Shown: positions 1 through 9,769, counted from the first letter of the stretch. The stretch is DNA of 64,000 nt from Armatimonadota bacterium (GCA_041690135.1 JAWLHY010000001.1:992001-1056000); one strand, 5' to 3'. The notes: generated from the sequence alone by a model not told the origin. Numbers and translations are program-made.

Positions 1-92
1 CCGTGGCCTCGACCGTGGCCGCCGGCGCCTCCGAAGCCGAGCTTCTTTCACTCCTGAACGAACTGGATGCTGCCGAGGTATGGGACCCATGA
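1..92 (+). CDS. 3' end of upstream NRPS-cluster protein (partial; acidic docking-like tail)
   Basis: Frame from base 3 reads VASTVAAGASEAELLSLLNELDAAEVWDP*. Its TGA (90-92) overlaps the ATG at 89 (ATGA coupling). Confidence 0.6.
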   Translation, partial: VASTVAAGASEAELLSLLNELDAAEVWDP

Positions 93-2032
93 GCGCAATG
101 CCTGCTCCATGCAACAATGACACTGGCGCTTCCCCCCGGTCCTCGGTCCATCGGCTGGCTCTACCGCTGGTGTCCCCGGCAGCTGGTTATATGCCTTTCT
201 TTTCCTCGGGGAAGACGCGGACGATCCACGGCCGGTTCGAAGAGGTGGTGCAGCGAAACCCGTCCGCTGCCGCCCTGCTGCACGATGGTGATTCTTGGAC
301 ATACCGGCGCCTGAATGCCGCGGCTAACCGGATCGCCCACCAGCTTCTAACATTCGGTGTCCGTCCCGGACAACCGGTGCCACTGGTTGCCGGACATCAT
401 CCCCAGGCAGTGGCCGCTTACCTGGGAATCTGCAAGGCCGGAGGCATCGTGGTTCCCCTCGACCGGAAGAGCCCCACGGGTCTCTTGTCGCGGTTTCAGG
501 CAGACTGCAACGCGCCGTTGTTGGTGGCCGACTCCGCGAGTGCGGGGAACCTCCGGAGCCTGGCGGACTCCGCCGGATGTCGGGTCATGGTCCTGGGGAG
601 TGAAGTGGACCAGCCGGAACGGAGCCCGGGAGTACCGGTAAGCCCGGATGATCCCTTTGCAATCGTCTACAGTTCGGGGACCACCGGCGCTCCCAAGGGA
701 GTCCTGCTCACCCATGCACAGCGGTTCTACCAGACGGGGCACTACGCGGACGCAATCGGGATCGGTCCCGGCGACCGGTTCTCCTTTCTTCACCCACTCC
801 ACTCCGCCGCAGCGATGGCCGATTTCGTGACCGGTCTGCTGGTCGGAGCGACGATGGTGATGTACGATGTGCAGGAGCAAGGGCTGGAGCCGCTGGCGCG
901 CTGGGTGCGCCGGTCGGAGTTGACGGTGTTCCACTGGATGCCGGGCGGCTTCCGGAGGTTTGCGGCCACGCTGGCTCCGGAAGACCGTTTCACCGGTCTC
1001 CGGCTCGTTATGTTGGGAAGCGAGCCGGCGCTCGATAGCGACCTGGCGGCCTACCAGCACCATTTCGCACCCCCCTGCCGCTTTATCAACCGCTTCGCGG
1101 CCGCCGAGTCGGGCTGCTTTTCCTATTTCACCGCGGATCATTCCACCCCTTCGCCGGGTCCCGTCCTCCCCATTGGCGCCTGCATCGATGGCTGGCAGGT
1201 GGAGGTCGTTGATGGCGAGGGGCAGGCTCTCCCTCCCGGTGTAGAGGGGCGGCTTTTCATCCGCAGCGCGTTTCTCAGCTCCGGGTACTGGCAGCGACCC
1301 GACCTCACCTCCACCGCATTTGCCGAGGCGCCGGGCACGCACGAAAGGCTCTGGAAAACGAGCGATCTGGCTGTCTTCCGCGCCGATGGAAACCTCGTCC
1401 ACCTCGGCCGCGGCGATGCGGTGGTCAAGGTCAGCGGGCGCAACGTGGCGCTGCTGGAAGTGGAGGCTGTGCTGCAGCGGCACCCGCAGGTGGCCGAGGC
1501 GGCCGTGGTTGGCCAGTCGCGGCCGGGTCGCGAGCCTCGGATCGTGGCCTACGTTGTCCCGTCCGAGCACCCAGCGCCGTCTTCCACCGATTTGCGGCAG
1601 TTCGCGGCATCCCAGTTGATCCCGGCCGCCGTGCCGGCGCGCTTCGTCTACCTGTCGGCCTTTCCCCACACGCGTACGGGCAAAGTCGACCGGAAGGGGC
1701 TTCCGGATCCCGGCCGGGGTCGCCCCGACCTGGCCCAGGAGTTTGTCCCCGCGGCGAGCCCGATCGAAGCCGCCCTCGCCGAGATCTGGTCCGAGGTCCT
1801 GGACGTTTCGCCGATCGGCCGCCTCGATCCGTTCCTGGAGCTGGGCGGCTCCTCCCTGATGGCGGCACAGATTGTCGCTCGCCTCGCCGAACGGTGCGAG
1901 GTGCGCCTGACGCCGGCCCAGGTGTTCACCGCCGGGACCCTCGCCGCGCTGGCGCAGTTGGTGGTGGCGGAGTTGACCAGCGGCCTGGACTCGACCCTCC
2001 TGGATGAGTTGCTGGGCGAGGCCGGAGAGTAA
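89..2032 (+). CDS. Standalone NRPS adenylation-PCP didomain protein
   Basis: A3 YSSGTTGAPKG, A7 WKTSDL, A8 GRGDAVVKVSG, A10 TGKVDR; PCP FLELGGSSL. No C domain. Start placed at the ATGA overlap. Confidence 0.9.
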   Translation: MSAMPAPCNNDTGASPRSSVHRLALPLVSPAAGYMPFFSSGKTRTIHGRFEEVVQRNPSAAALLHDGDSWTYRRLNAAANRIAHQLLTFGVRPGQPVPLVAGHHPQAVAAYLGICKAGGIVVPLDRKSPTGLLSRFQADCNAPLLVADSASAGNLRSLADSAGCRVMVLGSEVDQPERSPGVPVSPDDPFAIVYSSGTTGAPKGVLLTHAQRFYQTGHYADAIGIGPGDRFSFLHPLHSAAAMADFVTGLLVGATMVMYDVQEQGLEPLARWVRRSELTVFHWMPGGFRRFAATLAPEDRFTGLRLVMLGSEPALDSDLAAYQHHFAPPCRFINRFAAAESGCFSYFTADHSTPSPGPVLPIGACIDGWQVEVVDGEGQALPPGVEGRLFIRSAFLSSGYWQRPDLTSTAFAEAPGTHERLWKTSDLAVFRADGNLVHLGRGDAVVKVSGRNVALLEVEAVLQRHPQVAEAAVVGQSRPGREPRIVAYVVPSEHPAPSSTDLRQFAASQLIPAAVPARFVYLSAFPHTRTGKVDRKGLPDPGRGRPDLAQEFVPAASPIEAALAEIWSEVLDVSPIGRLDPFLELGGSSLMAAQIVARLAERCEVRLTPAQVFTAGTLAALAQLVVAELTSGLDSTLLDELLGEAGE

Positions 2033-2037
2033 ACCCT

Positions 2038-5000
2038 ATGAGTGACCTGCAAGAACGCCTGGCCCGCCTGACCCCCGCGCAGCGCGCCGAATTGGAGCGA
2101 CGCCTGCTGCAGCGTGCTTCAGCCGGAGCCGTCGCGAGCCACATTCCCCGGCGAGACCCGGAAGTCCCCTGCCCGCTTTCGTTCTCGCAGCGTCGACTCT
2201 GGTTCATGGAGCAGTTGGAGCCCGGCAACGCCGCCTACCACATCGCCGTTCGGTGGGAGCTCCGCGGCGCCCTGGAGCCGTCGGCCCTCCGCGCCGCGTT
2301 CGAGGCGGTGGTCCGCCGGCACGAGGCCCTGCGCACCGTTTTCCGCCTGGAGGGAGGCGAGCCGGTCCAGGTTGTGGTCGACCACTGCTCCGGCTACTTT
2401 GCGGAACAGGACCTGCGCACCGTGGCGGAGGAGCAGCGTCAGGCGGCATGGGAAGAGGCCTGCCAGGGACAGATCCGGACCCCGTTCGATCTGGTTCAAA
2501 GCCCGCTCTTCCGGGTGCTGCTGGGACGGCTGGCCGACCAGGAGTACCGGATGTGCGTGGTGATCCACCACATCATCGGCGATGGGTGGACCATGGGCAT
2601 CCTGTGGAAGGAGCTGTCCCAGGCCTATACGGCCCAGGTGACCGGAGCCGCGCCGGGTTGGCCGGAGTTGGAAATCCAGTTCCCGGACTATGCCCAGTGG
2701 CAGCGAGATCATCTCCAGGGCTCCGAGTTGGAAAAACATCTGGAGTTCTGGAAAGAGGAACTGGCTGGCGCCCCGACCGTGATCGACCTCCCTTACGACC
2801 GACCGGTTCCACCTGCTCGCGACCATGCCGGATCCCGGTATCACTTCCCGATGTCCAGCGAGTTGCTGGAAGAGCTCCGGGGTCTTGCCCGGACCGAAGG
2901 GGTGAGCCTGTTCATGCTGCTGCTGGCGGCCTTCCAGGTGCTCCTCCACCGCTATACCGGTCAAGACGATCTCCTGGTAGGCACCCCCGTGGCGAACCGT
3001 GGCCGCACGGAGGTCGAGCCGCTGATAGGATTCTTCGTCAACACCCTCGTGCTGCGCGGGCGCCTGGAGGGTGATCCTTCCTTCCGGGCGTTCCTGCGGC
3101 GGACGCGGGAGATCTGCCTGCGCGCGTTTGGCCATCAGGACCTGCCGTTCGAACGGATGATCGAGGACCTCCACCAGGAGCGCAGCCTGGGCCACAACCC
3201 GGTGTTCCAGGTGATGTTCAGCCTCCAGAACGCCCCCCGGACCTTTCTGGAGCTGCCGGAGGTACAGGCCGCGCGTGAGGTCGTCCCGCGTGAGACCTCG
3301 ATGTTCGACCTGACCTTCGATCTCACGGAAACCGCCGAAGGTCTCTGGTGCTGGATGGAGTACGCGGCCGATGTGTTCGATCGCCCCACGATTGCGCGCA
3401 TGGCAGGCCATTACGAGACCCTCCTGCGAGCCATTGTCACCGATCCCGAGAGACCGATCTCCGCGCTTCCGCTGCTCCCGGAAGCGGAGCGCCGGCAACT
3501 GCTGGTCGCGTGGAACGCTACGGAAGCTCCGCTCCTAGCAGGAACGTGTCTCCACCAGCTCTTTGCGGAGCAGGTTGGGCGTACTCCGGACGCGCCGGCC
3601 GTGGTGTGGCAGGGACGGACCTGGACCTACGCCGAGCTGGACTTGCGAGCGGAGACTCTGGCCCGGCGTTTGCTCGCCCAAGGGGTGGGTCCGGAAAGCC
3701 GTGTGGGGATCTGCCTGGAACGCACCCCGCAGATGATCGCGGCGGTGCTGGGCGTGCTCAAGGCGGGTGGCGCCTACGTGCCCCTGGACCCTGCCTATCC
3801 CCGGGACCGTCTCGACTTCATGCTCCAGGACGCGGAGGTAGCTGTTCTCATCTCCGAGCGGGAACTGGCTTGCGGTTTCGCGCAATGCCCCGCCCCCGTG
3901 CTCTTCATCGACGGTGACGAAGAGCCTTTCGCGCGTGACCCTGCGAACCTCCCGGAAGTTTCCGACCGCAACCTCGCCTACGTGATGTACACCTCCGGCT
4001 CCACGGGGAGGCCGAAGGGAGTGGCGGTGGAGCACCGGAGCGTGGTCGCTCTGGTCGAGTGGTCGAAGAGCCTGGTCGGCCCGGAGGAGATCGCGGGCAT
4101 GCTGGCCTCCACTTCCCTCTGCTTTGACCTTTCCGTCTTCGAGATCTTCGCCACGCTCTGTCGCGGCGGCGCGGTCATCCTGGCGAAGAACCTGCTGGAG
4201 CTGCCGGAACTCCCGGATGCCCTCCGGGTGACGCTGGTCAATACCGTTCCCTCCATCCTGGCCGAGCTCTTGCGCCGCCACACTCTCCCGACGGGAGTGC
4301 TCACCACCATCCTTTGCGGCGAGCCCCTCTCCACGGAGCTCGTGGATACGCTTTACGCGCAGGGGGTGGAGCGCGTCTACGATCTCTACGGTCCCACGGA
4401 AGACACGGTTTACTCCACGTGGGTGCTGCGCCGGGCCGGGGGACCGGCGACGATCGGGCGGCCGATCGCTAACTCGCAGGCCTACGTTCTCGACCCCCGG
4501 CGGGAGCCGGTTCCCATCGGCGTGCCCGGTGAGCTGTACCTGGGCGGGGCCGGGCTGGCGCGGGGCTATTTGCACCGGCCAGAATTGACCGCCGAGCGGT
4601 TCGTCCCCCATCCCTTCAACCAGGACCCGGAAGCTCGCCTCTACCGCACGGGCGACCGGGTCCGGTTTCTCCCGGATGGCCAGCTACAGTTCCTGGGGCG
4701 GCTCGACAACCAGGTGAAGCTTCGCGGTTTCCGGATCGAATTGGGCGAGATCGAAGCGCTGCTGCGTGCCCATCCGGCATTGGCTGAAGTCGCCGTCCTG
4801 CTGCGGGAAGACGCGGGGGAGAAGCGGATCGTGGCCTACTGCATTGCGGGTGAGGCGGCCCCCACCGCTTCCGACCTGCGCTCGCTGCTGCGCGAGCGCC
4901 TTCCGGAGCATGTGATTCCCTCGGCTTTTGTCTTCCTGGATCGCCTGCCGCTGCTGCCCAACGGAAAGCTCGACCGGCGGGCGCTCCCGGCGCCACAAGT

Positions 5001-6147
5001 CAAGGCCCTGGCAGTGGATACTCACGCCGGCAATTCCGGACCGCGCGACGTGCTGGAACGGCAGCTCCTGGCCGTCTGGAAGCGGACCCTCGGTGCCGGC
5101 CAGGTCGGCACCCGGGACAGCTTCTTCGATTTGGGGGGGCATTCACTGCTAGCGCTGCGGTTGTTCGACGAAATCGAGCGGACGCTGGAGCGGCGCTTGC
5201 CGCTTTCACTGATCTTCCAGGCGCCGACCGTGGAGCAGATGGCGGAAGTCTTGCGTAAGGACGGCTATCAACCCCGCTGGACCTCCCTCGTCCCGATCCA
5301 GCAGCAGGGGAGTCGTCTCCCATTCTTTTGTGTCCACGGCGGCGGTGGTTACGTGGTCTTCTTGAAAGATCTGGTGGCGCGGCTCGGTCCCGACCAGCCG
5401 TTCTTCGGCCTGCAACCGGCCTACTTGGGAGGTGGCCCGCGTCACCAATCCATCGGGGAGATGGCGGCGCACTACCTCCACGAAATCCGCCAGGCTCAAC
5501 CGGAGGGGCCGTACCAATTGGGCGGCGCGTCATACGGAGGCGTCATAGCGTATGAGATCGCGCAGCGACTCATGGCTGCCGGGGAAGAGGTGAGTCTACT
5601 CGCCCTGTTCGACACCCATGCTCCCGGATACGGTCGCTCCCGTCCGGGCTTGGGCCGCTGGGTGCGGCGCCTGCTGGCCCAGGCCTACCGGGTAGAGCAC
5701 CACGTGGTGAGCGTCCTCTTGCTGGAACAGGAGCGGCGTGGGAAATACATCCGCGAGAAGCTAGAGCGAGTCCGCTACGAAGCGGAAACGGGTGTGATAG
5801 GGCTTAAAAGGCGTGTGACCCGGGAACAGGTCCGCTTATCCGGTGCGAGCGAAGGTTCCCTCGCACCCGAGGCTACGACCTACGTCGACCTCTTGCGGCG
5901 CTACGAGCCTGAGCCCTATCCTGGTAAAGTGACCCTGTTCCGCGCGGGGCGGCAGTGGCCGGTGGAGCGCCCCTTACCGTGTCTGGGTTGGAGCGCCCTG
6001 GCGGAAGGTGGTCTGGAGATCATTCCCGTTCCCGGTTTCCACGCCGCCCTCCTTCAGGAGCCTCATGTCCGCACCACCGCCGAAAAGCTCCGGGAACGGA
6101 TTACTGTGTCGGCTCATACTGAACGTGTCCATCCACAAACAGGTTGA
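2038..6147 (+). CDS. Terminal NRPS module C-A-PCP-TE
   Basis: C domain LSFSQRRLWF and HHIIGDG; A domain YTSGSTGRPKG, YGPTE, YRTGD, NGKLDR; PCP FFDLGGHSL; TE GASYGG. Confidence 0.95.
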   Translation: MSDLQERLARLTPAQRAELERRLLQRASAGAVASHIPRRDPEVPCPLSFSQRRLWFMEQLEPGNAAYHIAVRWELRGALEPSALRAAFEAVVRRHEALRTVFRLEGGEPVQVVVDHCSGYFAEQDLRTVAEEQRQAAWEEACQGQIRTPFDLVQSPLFRVLLGRLADQEYRMCVVIHHIIGDGWTMGILWKELSQAYTAQVTGAAPGWPELEIQFPDYAQWQRDHLQGSELEKHLEFWKEELAGAPTVIDLPYDRPVPPARDHAGSRYHFPMSSELLEELRGLARTEGVSLFMLLLAAFQVLLHRYTGQDDLLVGTPVANRGRTEVEPLIGFFVNTLVLRGRLEGDPSFRAFLRRTREICLRAFGHQDLPFERMIEDLHQERSLGHNPVFQVMFSLQNAPRTFLELPEVQAAREVVPRETSMFDLTFDLTETAEGLWCWMEYAADVFDRPTIARMAGHYETLLRAIVTDPERPISALPLLPEAERRQLLVAWNATEAPLLAGTCLHQLFAEQVGRTPDAPAVVWQGRTWTYAELDLRAETLARRLLAQGVGPESRVGICLERTPQMIAAVLGVLKAGGAYVPLDPAYPRDRLDFMLQDAEVAVLISERELACGFAQCPAPVLFIDGDEEPFARDPANLPEVSDRNLAYVMYTSGSTGRPKGVAVEHRSVVALVEWSKSLVGPEEIAGMLASTSLCFDLSVFEIFATLCRGGAVILAKNLLELPELPDALRVTLVNTVPSILAELLRRHTLPTGVLTTILCGEPLSTELVDTLYAQGVERVYDLYGPTEDTVYSTWVLRRAGGPATIGRPIANSQAYVLDPRREPVPIGVPGELYLGGAGLARGYLHRPELTAERFVPHPFNQDPEARLYRTGDRVRFLPDGQLQFLGRLDNQVKLRGFRIELGEIEALLRAHPALAEVAVLLREDAGEKRIVAYCIAGEAAPTASDLRSLLRERLPEHVIPSAFVFLDRLPLLPNGKLDRRALPAPQVKALAVDTHAGNSGPRDVLERQLLAVWKRTLGAGQVGTRDSFFDLGGHSLLALRLFDEIERTLERRLPLSLIFQAPTVEQMAEVLRKDGYQPRWTSLVPIQQQGSRLPFFCVHGGGGYVVFLKDLVARLGPDQPFFGLQPAYLGGGPRHQSIGEMAAHYLHEIRQAQPEGPYQLGGASYGGVIAYEIAQRLMAAGEEVSLLALFDTHAPGYGRSRPGLGRWVRRLLAQAYRVEHHVVSVLLLEQERRGKYIREKLERVRYEAETGVIGLKRRVTREQVRLSGASEGSLAPEATTYVDLLRRYEPEPYPGKVTLFRAGRQWPVERPLPCLGWSALAEGGLEIIPVPGFHAALLQEPHVRTTAEKLRERITVSAHTERVHPQTG

Positions 6148-7468
6148 TGCGGCCCCCCGCTACAGGGGCATAGCCCAACAGCGTCTTCGAAGGCTCCGTG
6201 ATGTCCACAAGTCTGCTGCCAGGGTATGTGTAGGTGAACCCTTCCAGCACGGTCTCCTGTTTCAGGTAGGGGTTGAGGAGCGTACGCAAGTCCGCGTCGC
6301 TGCTCGGGAGCGTCTCCTGGTGGTCCTGCGCGTAAATGAGCAGGGCGGTGCCTAAATGTTTCAGGTTCGACATCACCGTAGTTCTCTCGGCTTCCGCTTT
6401 CGCAAGTAGGTAAAGCTTCCGATCCATGCGCACCAGGCGCCGGACGTAAGCGGTCCCCTCACTCGTGTACAGCACGGCATCACCCTTCGGCGAGAGGAAC
6501 CCTCCCGGGCTGTCGGCAGCCACCAGAACACGGGGGCGCTCGCTGACCTCTACGGACTCCAGCCAGAGTGGCTGGAGTTTTCGCGCCGTCTCGCCTTCCC
6601 TTACCGTAACTGTTCCGGTGCGGATCCGGAAGGGCTGGCTTGCGGGCGGCGGCGGTGTGACTCTCCGAGGACGCGTGGGAGACGGAGTAATCTTGCCGGA
6701 GACCGCATCCAGCAGGTGCCAGCGCAGCTTGGGGCGCATCGCGCCCGCTCCGCTGCGGTCGTTGAGGACAAACGCAACGTGGCTCCCCCCTTCGGCCCAG
6801 TAAATGGTCGTGATCTGCTCCTCTGCCTTTGGCGCACTGTATTCTCGCACGGCCCCCGAAGCGCTGATGAGGCGCAAGGTATTCCGCTCCAGGCTGGAGA
6901 GGTAGGCTAGGGGGTGGGTGGGCGACGCGCGCATCCGCGTATCTCCCGGCACGCGGAAGAGCAGGTGAAAGGAAGATCGGCGGGCATCGATCCGCAGCAG
7001 CCAGTGCTCGACGGGGCGAGGCGCCGCAGTCGTGGGGGTTCCCTTGGGAAGTGGTGGCACCACCTGGACCAGCGCCAGGGCGATCTCCGAGTTCGGTAGC
7101 CAGGTGAACTGGATGAGTTCGGGGTCGGCGCTATCGGACTTCCACACCTCGCGGGAGCGGCCTCCTTCAGATTTCCAGTGCACGAGCGCCGTGTGGATGG
7201 AAGGTCGCCCTGCCAGGCCGGCCCGTAGGTTCGGTTTCACACGGAGCGCCAAAATGTGCGCCCCCGACGGTGACCAGAGCGCCAGCGGCACCGGGCCCTG
7301 TGCCACGACCTCGGGAGTATCCAGCACGAAGGCATCCGTGCGAGTGAGCAGACAGAGATCCGGGTTCGGCAGCGATACCGGGGCTGCTGCTACGGGAGCG
7401 AGGGCGCCAAGCACCAGGCAGAGCCCGGTGAGTTTGAGCGGATGCGGGTGCCGCAGACGAAATCTCAT
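6101..7468 (-). CDS. Exported protein: TolB/beta-propeller-like N-terminus plus C-terminal DUF1559/H-X9-DG-like pilin body
   Basis: Signal-like hydrophobic N-terminus; WSPSG and LSPKG blade-like motifs; C-terminal SNLKHLGTALLIYAQDHQETLP...NLFVDGHV. Overlaps the NRPS 3' end by 47 bp (convergent). Confidence 0.65.
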   Translation of the reverse strand: MRFRLRHPHPLKLTGLCLVLGALAPVAAAPVSLPNPDLCLLTRTDAFVLDTPEVVAQGPVPLALWSPSGAHILALRVKPNLRAGLAGRPSIHTALVHWKSEGGRSREVWKSDSADPELIQFTWLPNSEIALALVQVVPPLPKGTPTTAAPRPVEHWLLRIDARRSSFHLLFRVPGDTRMRASPTHPLAYLSSLERNTLRLISASGAVREYSAPKAEEQITTIYWAEGGSHVAFVLNDRSGAGAMRPKLRWHLLDAVSGKITPSPTRPRRVTPPPPASQPFRIRTGTVTVREGETARKLQPLWLESVEVSERPRVLVAADSPGGFLSPKGDAVLYTSEGTAYVRRLVRMDRKLYLLAKAEAERTTVMSNLKHLGTALLIYAQDHQETLPSSDADLRTLLNPYLKQETVLEGFTYTYPGSRLVDITEPSKTLLGYAPVAGGRINLFVDGHVQYEPTQ

Positions 7469-7574
7469 GACGGGTACCTCTGGGAACGAGGAGTGGCTGT
7501 TCTGTCGTGATAAACGTTGCGGTGCCGGGGTGGTTTCGCCTGGCAAGGCGCGTCCCTTCCACCCCTGCTATCCC

Positions 7575-7583
7575 TGCTATAAT
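7575..7583 (+). promoter_or_regulatory. Extended -10 promoter (TGcTATAAT) for the DUF1080 gene
   Basis: Consensus TGnTATAAT about 50 bp upstream of the ATG at 7635, in otherwise GC-rich DNA. Confidence 0.55.
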
Positions 7584-7634
7584 TCAGCCGTCCGTTCCGA
7601 TCTTCCGGTCGATCTTCCGGCCCTGAAATCCACT

Positions 7635-8606
7635 ATGATGACCCGACGTCTTCTCCTCTTCCCGGCGGCACTGGCTCTCGTAGCCGGAACGCCCCAGCTC
7701 TTCGCCGCCCCGCCTTCGGGCGCCTCCCCCGTGATCGGGCGGTGGGACATCACCGTGAGAAACCCCGGGGGTGGGACCTCCCCTTCCTGGCTCGACATCC
7801 AACTTTCCGGCCGCTCGACCCTGGTGGGCTACTACGTGGGCCGGGGCGGCAGTGTCCGACCGATCTCCCGCATCCACCAGCAGGGGGACCGCATCCACTT
7901 CTCCGTTCCGGTCCAGTGGGAAGAGCCGGACCGCGATCTTACCTTCGAAGCGCGGCTGGCCGACGGCAAGCTGGTTGGTAAGCACACGGATCAGAACGGC
8001 AAGCAGTTCGAATGGACGGGGGTACGCGCGCCCGCCCTCCGGCCGGAAGGCGAGCCTCGTTGGGGTACGCCCATCGAACTGTTCAACGGGAAGGATCTCT
8101 CCGGCTGGCGTCCCCGCCATACCGGCCGCCAGCATGGGTGGAAGGTGGAAAACGGAATGCTCCGCAACCTGAAGCCTGGGGTGGACCTGGTCACCACCGA
8201 TACCTTCGGAGACTTCAAAGTTCACGCGGAGTTCCGCTATCCCAAGGGCAGTAACAGCGGTCTCTACCTCCGCGGCCGGTACGAGGCCCAGATCGAAGAC
8301 AACTACGGGCGCCCGCCCGAAAGCCACCTGATCGGCGGCATCTACGGATTCCTCACCCCACGGATCAATGCCGCGAAGCCGGCCGGTGAGTGGCAGACCT
8401 ACGACGTTACCCTGGTGGGCCGCTACGTCACCGTGGTCCTCAACGGCCAGGAAGTGATCGACCGGCAGGAGATCCCCGGCATTACCGGTGGCGCGCTCGA
8501 CAGCAACGAGGGCGAGCCCGGCCCCATCATGCTCCAGGGCGATCACGGTCCCATCGACTTCCGCAAGGTCACCCTCACCCCCGCCCTGAACACCGCGGCC
8601 AATTGA
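7635..8606 (+). CDS. DUF1080 / 3-keto-disaccharide hydrolase family protein, secreted
   Basis: Signal peptide; LFNGKDLSGW, NSGLYLRG, YEAQI, GEWQTYDV, GPIMLQGDHGPIDFRKV. Confidence 0.9.
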   Translation: MMTRRLLLFPAALALVAGTPQLFAAPPSGASPVIGRWDITVRNPGGGTSPSWLDIQLSGRSTLVGYYVGRGGSVRPISRIHQQGDRIHFSVPVQWEEPDRDLTFEARLADGKLVGKHTDQNGKQFEWTGVRAPALRPEGEPRWGTPIELFNGKDLSGWRPRHTGRQHGWKVENGMLRNLKPGVDLVTTDTFGDFKVHAEFRYPKGSNSGLYLRGRYEAQIEDNYGRPPESHLIGGIYGFLTPRINAAKPAGEWQTYDVTLVGRYVTVVLNGQEVIDRQEIPGITGGALDSNEGEPGPIMLQGDHGPIDFRKVTLTPALNTAAN

Positions 8607-8626
8607 GTCCACCCACGCGCCGCCGG

Positions 8627-9646
8627 TCACTCATCGGCGGCGCGCCCGGTCACAAACAAATCCGTGGGCGGTTCCGGCCACGACTCCAGAATGGTCGCAA
8701 CTAACCTCCGGGTGTTGGGAACGTTGTCCCGCTCCAGATATCCGGTGAGCGTGCGTTCCAGCTCTTCCGTACCGGGATCTTGCAGCAGCTCGGGCTGATA
8801 CCGGTGGAGCAAGGGGGTATTGTAGCGGCGCAGCACCACCAGGGCTTCCAGCGCAATCAGGCTGAGTGGGCGACCCGCCTCCAGCCACCGGACCACCCGA
8901 GGCCAGGAGAGCGCCGACAGCGCCGCCAGTTGTCCCCACAAGTTGTAATGCACTCCTTCCAGGTGGTTTTCTATCCAGGCCAGCGTGTCGGATGACCGGA
9001 AATGCGCCAGCGCCAGGGCCGCGTTCTTGAGCTCGGAAGCAGGTAGTGGCTCGAGTGCTGCTGTTACACGTGTGAAGCCTTCTTCCGGTGGGAGGCAGGC
9101 AGCGGAAGCATCCGCCAACGAGAAGAGCACTACCGGCCGGTAGCTTTCCCACCGCGACTGAATCCAATCCCCAGCCACCTCGCCGAGCACCCGCGCGCAG
9201 ATTTCGTAGGCGCGCGTTTCGATTCCCAGGCTGCGACAGGAGGCCACGCGTTGTTGCAGCACCGCCAGCAGGATCCGGGTGTCCTGCGCCCGGAGCGCCT
9301 CCACCTGCTCGTCCGTCAGCCAGTAATCGGCCATCACCCGGTCCACGAGCCGCTCCGGGTTCCGCGCGGCTTCTTCCAGCGTGGGGGCCGGATACTTCTC
9401 GGGCTCCTCCACGTCTTCGTCGGATGCGTACGCCACGCCGTTCTCGTCATAGAAATCGTCGTGGAGCAGGAACTTGTCCGGACCGTGTAGGGCCGCCAGG
9501 TTGAACCACTCCAGCGGCCGCAAAGCCATCGTCTCCAGCCGCCGGGCGCACTCCCTGCACACCCGGTAAGGCTGGCGCGGCTCTTCGTTCTCCACATTCA
9601 TTTCCACCGGCCGTAACCGGCACGCCTCACACACGGATAGTTCCAT
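8627..9646 (-). CDS. Hypothetical protein with N-terminal CxxC...CxxC zinc-binding motif
   Basis: CEAC...CREC, then LRPLEWFNLA and LLHDDFYD; helical C-terminal part; GGAG RBS upstream. Confidence 0.75.
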   Translation of the reverse strand: MELSVCEACRLRPVEMNVENEEPRQPYRVCRECARRLETMALRPLEWFNLAALHGPDKFLLHDDFYDENGVAYASDEDVEEPEKYPAPTLEEAARNPERLVDRVMADYWLTDEQVEALRAQDTRILLAVLQQRVASCRSLGIETRAYEICARVLGEVAGDWIQSRWESYRPVVLFSLADASAACLPPEEGFTRVTAALEPLPASELKNAALALAHFRSSDTLAWIENHLEGVHYNLWGQLAALSALSWPRVVRWLEAGRPLSLIALEALVVLRRYNTPLLHRYQPELLQDPGTEELERTLTGYLERDNVPNTRRLVATILESWPEPPTDLFVTGRAADE

Positions 9647-9769
9647 TCCGCTCCCGCCTCCATACGGGTGAGTATGACAGCCTCATCAGATTCCCGTATC
9701 TGCCATCCACCCTCTTCCACGCCTGAAACGCCACTTCCTTTCCCCCGCGGACCCTCCGTTCTCCCCTGC

